Assembly: GCA_000388065.2 (NCBI GenBank)
Contig: KB932209.1
Reading direction: 5' to 3' (one strand)
Length of the DNA stretch: 63,994 nucleotides
Source: Fonticula alba ATCC 38817
Lineage: Eukaryota; Protista; Nucleariida
Both the position numbers and the translations under genes were made by a program. The notes below the pieces were generated by a model. That model saw only the letters and a program-made list of their open reading frames with translations, had not been told where the DNA came from and searched no databases. Positions 46,234 to 57,117 of this stretch are shown here, in pieces; position 1 is the stretch's first letter, and every line of letters starts with the position of its first letter.

Positions 46234-46735
46234 TGCGTGCATGCGTGCGTGCGTGCGTGCGTGCGTGCGCGCGCGCGTGGCCAAACCGACCTGCCCCGGT
46301 CCGTGGCGCGCACGCTCACTCGAGTATTTGCTCGGCTCCTGTCCATCCCTCTTTGTGTCCTGGGCCGCGCGGCGCGCGCGGGCGTCTTTCGACAGGTAGC
46401 CAATCAGGGCCGGTCCCCTCGCCGTTGGCTACTGCCCTCCTTCCCCTTCTCCCTCCCCCTCTCGCCCCTCCCCCCTTGTACCATATGTATAAACTTCTGT
46501 CCTTGTCCAAGGTATTGTTTTGTCGCCCCCTCCTCCCCCCCCCCCCTGTCCCTTGTAGTAGAGACGTGTATGCCCTCAAGAAGGGAAGACCTAGCACAGC
46601 GATGGGCCGCGTACACTGGCGGGTCATTTGTTTGTCTTCTTCAAGCGGCTGTAGCGGCGGAATCAACATGGCCAGAATTTAAATGGATGTCTGCCGGGAG
46701 CTTGGCACGGCCCGGAGCAGGAGGCGAGAGGCCGG

Positions 46736-47771
46736 CTATTTGTCCTTGGAGATGGACTTCATGACTCGCGCCACACGCTTGCGCTTGGCCACGCGCTCGG
46801 CCACCTCCTCCGGGGAGTACACTGTGCAGGCGGGAGGGTGTCAGTGTGGCTTCTTTCCTCGAGACACGTTCTTCCGGTGTCTGGCACTTCCGGGGCGCAT
46901 GTGTCGGGGCCGGCCCCTCATCAACAACGAGCAACGAAAGCGCGTGGCAAGGGCCGATAGAGGGGCGAGAGAGAGGAAGAGGGGAAGCAAACGCACACAT
47001 GGTCTTGCGTGAACGAAGCGGCACGTAGGCCGCGCCCGGGACCTTGCTCATGGAGCAAGCCGCGTGCGGGATGACCGCCACACCAAAGCCAAAGCGCTGG
47101 TCCAATGAGGCGATCAGCTCGCTAGATGGCAGGACCTGGGGTTCCGGCTTCACCAACAACGGGCTGGCCTCCTCGGGCGCCATCGTGGTGGTTGGGGTGG
47201 TGACGGATGGCAGCAGGTCCTGGGGCTCATGGTCGGAATCCGCATCATCGGACTCGGCCAGCCGCGGCAGGGCGGGCAGATGGAACCCCGGCACCACCAA
47301 CCCCGGGATCTGGGGACGAGAGATGACCCCCAGGCCGTGGTAGATGGCTGGCAGGGTGGTCTCGGCCGTGGGATCCGGGCGGTAGGCCATGGGTTGGGCC
47401 GGCGCCGCATCGCCATGCACGAACGCCGGGTTCGGCAGCGTGGCCAGAATGGGCCGGCCATCGGCCGTCAAGCCAGCCGGGCCGTCAGCCCCGGCGGAAG
47501 GATCCCCACTCGGCCGGTGGTACTGCCAGCTGAGGTTGCCCTTGTGGCAGGTGTCGAGCGAATGGACATCCGGAAAGATGGGCAGGACCCCGTCTGCGCC
47601 CTTGGAGGCGGTGCGAATTTCGGCCGTCGGCAGGGCGGCCACCATGCCCAGCAGCAGGCTTTGAATGTGTGCCTGCGTCTGGGTGGCGTGCCACTGGTTC
47701 CAAACCGACTGCGAAACCCGGCGCAATGTGTCTAGAGGTCGAGTGATTCAGGCGAGAGGTTGCGCGCGCGC

Positions 47772-47868
<97 letters not shown>

Positions 47869-49717
47869 NNNNNNNNNNNNNNNNNNNNNNNNNNNNNNNN
47901 NNNNNNNNNNNNNNNNNNNNNNNNNNNNNNNNNNNNNNNNNNNNNNNNNNNNNNNNNNNNNNNNNNNNNNNNNNNNNNNNNNNNNNNNNNNNTGTGTGTG
48001 TGTGCGAGTGTGTGCGAGTGTGTGCGAGTGTGTGCGAGTGTGTGCGAGTGTGTGCGAGTGTTGGCGGGAATGGAGGGAGGGGAAGGCGGTAAGCACAGGC
48101 GCAAGTTGGACAGAGGGGATGTGGGCCCTATCGAGGGACGAGGGAGGCACAGGCACAGAAGGGGAGGGGGGGGGGATAGGACGCACCTGTCTCATAGATC
48201 ATGTTCAGATTGGGATAATCCGCGCCAACCATGACCAGAGGATACTCCAAAGCCACATCATACACAGGACGCAGAGGATGCTTCTCGATGTCGAGCAGGT
48301 GGCGCACAACGTCCGGCGTCTCGCGCCCTGTGCCGACCGCCGCCAACACCGCCACCATGGCTCGGACCTGGTTGTAGAGGAACCCCCGGCCGTAAACCCG
48401 CACCATCAGATACCGCAGGTGCTCGCTGTGACGGGGCGTCCGGGGAGGCCCGAGAGCCCGGGCAGGCCAGGGGCCCGAAAGGCCGAGGGGAAATGTCAGA
48501 GGAGGGATCCCAGAGAGGGGCGTGCGGGGAGGGGGGGGGGGGCAGGCAGAGAGGCCACGCACGGCAGGGCATTGGACGGGGCAAACGGCTCGACAGTCAC
48601 ATTGAAGACAGTCCGGTCGAAGCGGATCTGCGTCTTGGACTTGTCCAGCCGGCAGAAATTCCGGAAATCATGGCACCCGACAAAATGCCCGGCAGCTTCA
48701 CGCATGCGCTGTTTCGGGCGGTGCCGGGGGAGGCGTACCGCGAGCCGAGTTAGCATGTGGCAATCAGCGAAGGTCGAAGGAGAGCGCCGGGAAGGGCAAG
48801 GGGCACAGAACACCACGCACATCGAGGTCGAGGCCGTGGCTCGGCAACAGATATGCATAAGACCGACCTTGGCAGGCGAAGCGCGCGTCGAAGTCCCACG
48901 AGACCGGGGCCCAGCCAAGCACGCGGATCCCCTCCGGCAGGGCGTCATTCAAGAGGCGCGGATAATTCAACTCGGCCCGGTCCAGGACCGGATGCTGTGG
49001 GGCCTCGCCGTCGACGATGGCGGCCGCCGGGCCGAGGGCCTGCGAGCGGACATCCACCGCGATGAACTGCGACAGAGCCGACACGCCGGCATCCGTGCGG
49101 CCGGTTTGCGACAGCCGGCAGGCGGCGACAATGTCCGGCGCCGCGGTGGTCGCCACCTCCGGGGAGAGCTGCGTGATGCCATGCTTGCGGCACACCTCGC
49201 TCGGGACGCTAATGAGAAAAGTCTTGGCCAGGGCCCGGAGCAGGTGGCCATTGACCGTGTCCGGGGAGTTGGCCTGTGCCTCGAGGCCGCTCAAATTCCA
49301 GCCCATGTAGCTGACGTGCAGGACCACTCGACGCTGGCCATACCGGCGCGGATCGAATTCCCGCCGCGGGGCCTTGCGCATGGTGGCCGGGGGGGCAGAT
49401 TCGGGGATGGGGTCGGCCTGGCGGCGGAGCTGCTTCAGCTCGGTGCGTGCCGAGGCCAGCTCCCCCTGCAGGCGTCGGACCAGGTTTTGCAGCTCGTCAT
49501 TCGACAGAGCCTCAATGCCGGCTGACGGCGGGGTGGAGCTCCCCTCCGAGATGGCGGGATCGCCGGGCTGCGGCGGGGTTTCGGCCATGGCTTGGCGGGA
49601 GAATGTGGCCCTCTGGAGAAGGGCGCCAACAAAGGGGCGAGAAAGACGAGCAGCCGGGGGCGAGGGCGGGCAGAAGAGGGGAGAGGCAAGACGGAAGACC
49701 CCCAGCAAGCGGGCCAT
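46736..49717 (-). CDS. PUS3: tRNA pseudouridine(38/39) synthase, TruA family (Pus3/Deg1-like), about 700 aa, 5 exons
   Basis: Exons 49717-48821, 48708-48563, 48425-48187, 47731-46997 and 46821-46736. Motifs RREFDPRRY..RRVVLHVSYMGW, catalytic GRTDAGVSA, FDARF, GCHDFRNFC, GRGFLYNQVRAMV and YVPL. Confidence 0.93.
47761..48060. repeat. Compound (GC)n-(GT)n-(GTGTGCGA)n microsatellite in a PUS3 intron (alternating purine-pyrimidine)
   Basis: Direct sequence; an internal N-gap is present. Confidence 0.95.
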
Positions 49718-50431
49718 TGGCCGTGCAGAAGAGTGGTGGAGGCCGGCGGGTGGCGGGGGAGGAGGTGGAGGCACGTGGAACGTGTGTGTCCGTGTGTGTC
49801 CGTGTGTGTCCGTGTGTGTCTGTGTGTGTCCGTGTGTGTCCGGGTGCCGGGAATAACACCGGATGCGAGCGGTAGATCAGCCGGTCCGGGTGCCCGAGTC
49901 TCCTGGTGCGGGGAACAGGCGGCGCGAGAGGATGGAGGAGGCAAGGGGGGTTGTGGTGACCGGGAAAAAATGTCGCGCCGATCGCCGGCCCTGTTTTTGA
50001 TGGCCGCCCAGATGGGTGGCCCCCGCCCTCGGGCCTCTCCTCGCAGGGCCGGCGTCGCGCGAGGCACGCCCCCCTCGGCGCACCACCGGCCCCGCACGCC
50101 CAGAGAAGTCATCTTCCTCGATCTACGGCCACGGCCGGGAATGCCTCCTCACGCATGGCATCCCAAGTGCCGACGGACGGACGGTGTTGTGGACTCGCCA
50201 TCGGGGCGGCGGGGCTGCTTCTCCCACGGGAGCAGAGACCCCTGTGCTTTTGTCTCGGCCCTGCCCCCCGCCCCCCGCCCCCCGCCCCCCCCTCCGACCG
50301 CCGCGAGCCAGCCGGTATTAATCGGCTGGCGGCGGGATCGGCCGGGCCCGGTCGGCCCCATGACGGCAGCCCGTCTCGCTCCTTGCCTCCCCCACCCCTC
50401 TCTGCCTTCCCTTCCTCGGCTACCTGCAACA

Positions 50432-52496
50432 ATGGGCCTCCTCCTGCTCGGCCACCGGCGCCTAGTGCCGGTCCTTCGGCCTGTGGCTCCTCGTGGGGTG
50501 GCTTTCTTTTCCTCCCGGGCCCCGCCGACCGATGTTCCCCCTGCTGCGGGCGCCGCGGCTGCGGTGCCGCCAGCCGACCCTCCCAAAGCTCCTCCATCCG
50601 CCGGCCCCGCGGCTGTCGCCCCGCCCGAGGCTGATGCCCCCAGTCCCCGGATGTCACTCTGGGCGCGCCTGACTGGGGGCCGGCCGGGGCCTGGCTCTGT
50701 CGCCCCCGGTCCCGGGTCCTCGGAGGGCAGTGCCCACATCGGCAGCCTGCTTCCCCGCTTGGGAGAGCTGCTATTCCATGACGCCGCGCACCGGGAGCAC
50801 ACCATCCAGGAGCCGGTTTACCCGACGCTGACTCCCCTCCGGCCGGAGTATCTGGAGACCCTGCCACCGGTCTTCTTTGACACGCTCCGCCCCTCGCCAG
50901 GGCCCGGGCTGCCGGAGCACCTCCGGCGCCATCACAAGCTGCTGTCGGACTTCGTGTCCGAGCACTTCGCGCATGTGGAAATCCGCAACGCCATTGGCTA
51001 TGGATCCGGGGCACTGCCGCAAAATGCGCAGGCCGACTTCGGCCAGGTAATGGCCCCATTGCAGCCCCCGCACCGCTTGACCCGTTCCTCATTGCCTCAA
51101 AAAAAAAGAAGAAGAAAAAGACCCCCCCCCCACCGCCCCTGAAGCCCCTCGCCCATTCTCACGGCTCTGCTCCTCCCTCCCTCCCTCCCCCTCTCCCTGC
51201 TCCCGCCTCGCCCTCCTCCTCCTCCTCCTCCTCCTCCTGGACTCTGTTGACTGTCGATGCCAGGGAAAGATGCTGGATTTCATCTTTGTCGTCGACCGCC
51301 CGGAGGAGTTCCACCGGCGGAATATGGAACGCTATCCGGACCACTATCCGGCATACGCGCGCCTCCTCGGGGCTCGAATGGCCACTCGCATCCAGGCCCT
51401 CGGTGGGGGGATCTATTATAACTCCCAGGTGACCCTCCAGGAGCAGCCAGTCAAGTATGGGGTCATCTCGACCGAGGCCTACATCGGGGATTTGCTCCGG
51501 TGGGACTCCTTCTACACGGCGGCACGACTGCAAAAGCCGACCATGGAGTTGGCTCTGCGCGGGCGGCCGACCCCGGCGGCCGTCGGGCCGGTCCTCGGCA
51601 AGCCGGCATACCGGCCCCCCGGCTCGGCTCCCGGGCCTGCTCGCATGGCCGGGGCCTTGGGCTGGGAATCGGACCCGATGAACTACTTCTTCCTGGAAAG
51701 CGCCATCTGGAACACCAACCGGCCGGTGGTGGCCTCGCCGAGCGCGCAGGATACCGCCATCGGAGCCATGATCCGGCTGCTGAACCGGGCCCTGCACCGG
51801 CCGGCCGCCAGCCAGTCCCTTCTCGGGGTCCCCTCGTCGGATCTCGATGCATATGCCGATGGGGTCCTGCAGGCGGCCCAGCGGCAGAACCTTCGCCATG
51901 CGGTGGCCTATGCGCGGCTGCTGCTCGGGCCGGAGTTCACCCTGCGCGAGCTCTTCCTCACCATCACCCGGCTGTCGTACTACGGCGATGTCCGGACCCT
52001 GGTCGGGGCCGAAGACCCGCGCAAGGTGGCCAACATTGTGGACAACCAGTTTCCCCTGTTTGCGGCGCTCTATGCCCCGGTGCTGGGCGAGCTCCTGGAC
52101 TATGGGTCGGGGCTGGACCGGCCGGCCGGGGAGTCCTTCGCCGACTTCCTGGCCCGACCGGAGGCCCTTCTCCGCCAGCCGGTCAGCCGGGTGAGTTTGA
52201 ATCAGCTTTTCACGGCCGGGCTGCCGCCGGCGATGGCCGTGCGCGTGGTCATCCGCGACCTGCATCGCACGGATTTCCTCCATGTCATGCGCTCCTGGAC
52301 GCATCTGGTCGAGGGTCCTCGGGCCCTTTTCGGTGCCAGTCCATATGCCGGGCGTTTGTTGGTCTTGCGCACGGCCTCCCAATCGAATCTCCGGTCGAGC
52401 GTGGCCCAAACACTGAAGGGGCTCTGGACGGCGGGGCCCTTGCGGGCCGCCATCTATGCCCGGGCCAAGCTTCAGAAGGGTCGTGCCAAGCCGTGA
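50432..52496 (+). CDS. TAM41: Mitochondrial phosphatidate cytidylyltransferase Tam41, 2 exons
   Basis: Exons 50432-51046 and 51264-52496. Motifs AIGYGSG, MLDFIFVVD, GIYYN, KYGVIS, DLLRWDSFYTAARLQKP, LSYYGDVR...EDPRKVANIV and QTLKGLWTAG; N-terminal presequence-like region. Confidence 0.95.
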
Positions 52497-52978
52497 CCGA
52501 TGCTCCGTCAATGCGACCGGACCCGGACACTTTTGGCTGTGTGTCGTCGCCCTGTGATCCTCGGCGGGGTCTTTTTTTTTCCCTCCCCCCGCCTCTTTGC
52601 CCCTCCTCCCTCCTCTTCCCCCCAGCTTGTGCCCGCCGTGGCCGCCACCCAAGTGAACNNNNNNNNNNNNNNNNNNNNNNNNNNNNNNNNNNNNNNNNNN
52701 NNNNNNNNNNNNNNNNNNNNNNNNNNNNNNNNNNNNNNNNNNNNNNNNNNNNNNNNNNNNNNNNNNNNNNNNNCCCCCCCCCCTGCGACGGTGAATTATA
52801 CATCCAACGACCACTCTCGCCCTCTTTGTGTGCGTATGTGCATGTATGTGTATGATGCCCAATGGTAAAATGTAGGGGCGGGACCAAGAGGGAGGGGAGG
52901 GTGTATTATGCTTCTCTTTTGTCGGGCCCGCTGGCGCGTGCCCAGGCACGCGCCAGCCCCAAGTGGGAAGGGGCCTTC

Positions 52979-55900
52979 TCAACGGCTACCAAGGCCCGAG
53001 CGCTCGCGACGGACCAGGACCTCGATGTTGTCTACCTGACCGGAGCCATCCCGGCCGAGGCCCTCGCCCGAGCGCCAGCCCATGCGCTCCAACATTTGCC
53101 GGCCGACATTGGTGGCGTCGATGGGCGGGGCATCGGCACCAACCGCCATCCCAGGCAGGGGGGTCTGGTACTTGCCCAGCCGCGGGCCGGCAGTCCCCGC
53201 GGGAGAGCCAATGTCCCGGCTTGGACGAACCCCAGTCCCGGCCGGGGTCATCAGTGAGGACACATCGCTCAGACGCTCGCTGGACCAGAACTGCCGCCAC
53301 AGGGCCGCCGGTTGTGTCGGCAGGGAGCCCTTTTGGCGCTTGGGCTGGGCCGGGGACAGCTGAAGGGCGGCCACCGACATTGGCAGGGTCTGCTGAAGGG
53401 CCTGCTGCTTTTGCTCCTGGCGCATTTGTCGCTTTAGCTCCCGACGAGAGGGGACCGGCTGTGGTGCCACCTCGCTCGGAGGCAAAGCCCCAAGGGGAAC
53501 CAGTGAACTGGCCGTCGGAGTCCGGCCCCAGACCGCCGGGGCCGCCTCGTTGGCCGACATGCCGGGGGTGGTATCGTGGAAGAACTCGAATGGCTCCAAC
53601 TCGCAATCCGGATCTGCCGGCGGGGGACTTGGGGATCCCATGCGGAAGGTGAAGACCTCCTCCTCAGCAGGGGCACTGTCCGCCGGGGCGTCGACATCTG
53701 ATTGGCGGGGCTCCGAGCCGGGCTCTTGGCCTTCTTCCGGGGGCACCGGAGACCCGGACCAGGACCCTGCCTGTGGCTGGTCCACCTCCATCGGCGCCGA
53801 GGGGGAGGGATCGACCGACCAAGTACCGGAGCCATCGTCAGACTCGGCCCCGGATTCGGACCGGGCATCCGGGCGGCCGACTGGCTCATCATCCAGGAAG
53901 ATGGAATCGTCCCCGAAAAGCGGATCATTCATGGTCCCGGAAAGCACCGCCGGCCGGGAGAAGGACACAAAGCCGGATTCCAGCCGTGGGTGATTCCGAG
54001 ACTTGCGGCCATTCGGACCGGCGTTCAGGGCAGGCACCTTGGCCAGCTTCCGCCGGAGGATGCTCCCCACGGCGCTGTCAAACTGGGACATCAGCCCAAG
54101 CAGACGCCCGCCACGGGCCCCGATCGGCCGGCCGGCCTCGGTGAGGTCGGCCGACGCCGCGCGTGACCGCCGGCTCCGGTACACAGACAGGTGCTTGTAG
54201 TTGCCCTTGCCGGCCACCTTGTGCGTGAGCCCCAGGTGACTGAGGATGTCCTTGACAGAGCTCCGGAGCTCCGGGGCCAGCAAGACCGCCGGAAGGGCGA
54301 TGCTGAGGGCCGAGCGCGTGCGGCGGCAACGAGCGAGGGGGGGGGGGCGAGGCAGAGGGGAAGAAAGACAGCCGTCAGAGGGGGGGAGGGGGGCAGCGAG
54401 GCAGAAGGGAGGAGCAGGTGGCCCGGAGATGGCGGGAGCGAGACAGAGAAGCAGGCGAAAGTGGCCGACCGGGAGGCAGGAATCACCCCACCCCCGACAC
54501 AACAACCAGCAGCATCAGCAAACATACTTCTCACAATGTGGCGAGGCCGTGAACTGGTCCAGCCACGACACCAGCGGCGCAGCCGTGCCGCCCATCTGTC
54601 CGGCGAACAGGCGCTGCCAACAGATCAGCAGTGATAGATCATTGACCGAGCCATCGGATGAGGAGGCCGGCCGCAGGACATCGACCGCCACCCCGAGGCT
54701 GGCCAGCAAACTCCGGTGTAGCATGCCCTGGGCCTTGAGCTGAAGCGACCGGAATTCCGCCCGCTCATGGGGCGTCAGCTGGCCGAAGTCCACCCCGGCC
54801 CCGTGGCCCTCCGAGGCGTTGGCCGAAAGCTCGCGGGCCATGGCCTGTGCATCGGCCGCCGGGAGCGGGAGACCGATGGGCAAGTGCGCCGACAGGACTG
54901 CCAGCTGGGCAATGGCGTCGTGGCGGTGACGCGCCGCCGCCCGCCGCCCGGATGAGGGCGTCATGGGCGCCATTGGGGGTGTCGATGCCGGCGGAGGCAG
55001 CTCCATGGACGCGGCGCTGGTCGCAGCACGACGAGCCTCGCGAGCCATCTGGGCCTCAGTGGGAGCCTGGCTGGGGGCGTTTGCCGGTGCGTCGACAGGT
55101 GCCACCTCCACGCCGGCATCATCATCATCATCATCATCACCATCATCATCATTGTCGTGGTCGTGGTCGTGATCGTCATCGTCATCGTCGGAGGAGGATG
55201 AGGAATCGGACAAGTTGCCGGCCGGAGTGAACCCCCGGACGCCAAGATCACGGCCCCGGTGGCCGGCAGGGCCACCGCTGCCCGGAGGGTCGCCTTCGTC
55301 TCCACCGGGGGCCGGCTCGGACGTCGCTCTGACCAGGGTCAGGGGCGGTCCCAGGGCGGCCACCGACAGCCCGGCCACCGTGGCCGGGACCTGCGAGAAG
55401 CCGGAGTCCAGGGCCAGGCGCAGGATCTCGGAGAAGACGGCATCCTGCAGGACCGCATGGGCGCGGATTTGCCCGGCGCCCTTCGGCTCGAAGACCCGGT
55501 CCCCGGTCGGCAGAGTGCCCACCCGGTAGCCCATGAGCCGAAGGTGGGACTTGCTGGGGGGGGCCAAAAGTTGGCCCTCATGCACTCGACCCACAAAGGC
55601 CTCCATGGTGTAGTCCAAGCCCAAGCCCTCGAGGGCTGCCTGGATCGAGGGCTGCGCCCATGCCAGGTGCCGGAGGACGTGCGCCAGCAGGATGCGGAGG
55701 ACTTGCTGGTAGACCTGCCCGGTCAAAGAGGGCGACCGTGACCGGGCGGCAGCCTGGCCCTTGGTTCCGGAAGACAGGCGCATCCGGGCCACGGACACGA
55801 AAAGCGGGTGGTTATTGACCGCCCGATCGAGGAAGGCACGTGCAGACCGGGCGTTCGGCGCGTCGAGCCGCGAATCGCCCACATACCCCCGCAAGGAGGG

Positions 55901-57117
55901 CAGGTTCTTGCGCTTACCATTCGAGGCGGGGGAAGCGTCACCCCCGGCGGGGAAGGATCCAAGAGTCAACTTGAGATCCACCAGCAGGGCCAGGTGGAGG
56001 AAGGGGTCACGCTGGCATGCCGCATGCACGACGCCAGACCCGGCAAGGTGGGGGATCGCCTTCGGGGCGGGGACATCGGCGCCCGGGCGGAAGTCCGTCA
56101 AGAACAGGTCCCGGATGTCCGAGGCTGGCGGCCGGTCGAAGGCCCACGGGACCGGGATCCTCGGGGCTCGGCGTCGAGACCCCCGGGCCTTGCCATGGTG
56201 ATCGATCGGCGCCGATGCGCGGGGCCTCTGCCCGAAGGACTGCAGATGCTGGGCCAGGCACATGTCGAGGGGGTTCTCCGGCTGGAGGGCCTCCTCCATG
56301 CTGTCATAGTCGTCCTGGTCGTCGGAATAGTCGTCCATGCTGTCGTCATCGCTCTCGAGGCCCGGGGCATTGGCGTCCCCCCGGTGGCTGTGATCGGCAG
56401 CGCCATCATCATCCTCAGCATCAGCGTCCTCGGAGGCGTCCGAGTCGCTGCTGGACATGAGAGCATCGATGAGCTTGCTGTAGGCCGCGTCTGACAGGGG
56501 GTCGCCCTCATGGGCCAAGGCGAACAGGGGATCCTCGGCGGCATCCTCCGGGCCCGCGTCATCGGTGCTGCCATCACTCGAGTCGGACAACTCCTCGGAA
56601 GACCCCTTCAGCGCGGACAGCAGGGACCAGTTGGTCAGGGGCAGGTCATCGCCGCCGAGGGTCATCTCATCCTCGGACGAAGAGGAGTCAGCCTGGGCCC
56701 GTGGCACCGGGGCCGGTGCTGAAAATCCATCGCCGCCACATCCGCAGAGGGGCCATCCATGTCAGGGCCGGGAGAAGTGCGCAAACAAAGAGAGGGAGAG
56801 AAGGGGAGAAGGAGCGGATGCAGAGGCATGGCCCAAGGTGCCGGAGTCGTACTATCATGCCGGATGATGGTCGCCCCTTCCAGGAGCGACGCTGGTGGGC
56901 GGAAGTCCAGATGCTTGCTCTTGTAGCGCGGCCGGGAAGACAGCAGCTTCGAGTATTTACGTCGGGTGGCGGGTTGAGTAGCACTCTGGACGGGACTCGG
57001 GTCGGGATGGGGGGCAGGCAAGTTTGCCTTGGCCTGCTGGTCCTGGCGGTCTTGAAAGGACTTCAGGGCATTCTGGCGGCGGCGTGGCTTCTTCATCGAA
57101 GACACGGTATCGGTCAT
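52979..57117 (-). CDS. Large protein with an R3H-like domain and a C-terminal G-patch (Sqs1/Pfa1-like), about 1259 aa, 3 exons
   Basis: Exons 57117-56853, 56718-54528 and 54302-52979 are phase-consistent. C-terminal G-patch IDATNVGRQMLERMGWRSGEGLGRDGSGQVDNIEVLVRRERSGLG. R3H-like segment LLAPELRSSVKDILSHLGLTHKVAGKGNYKHLSVYRS. Acidic low-complexity tracts. Confidence 0.82.

Noticed and set aside
10224-52496. Several mitochondrial genes in one window (COA1, J-PPR, PUS3, TAM41) as a possible functional cluster
   Set aside because: They are separated by many unrelated genes, which is compatible with chance.
51159-52982. 607-aa minus-strand ORF
   Set aside because: Antisense to TAM41 and extended artificially through an N-gap.
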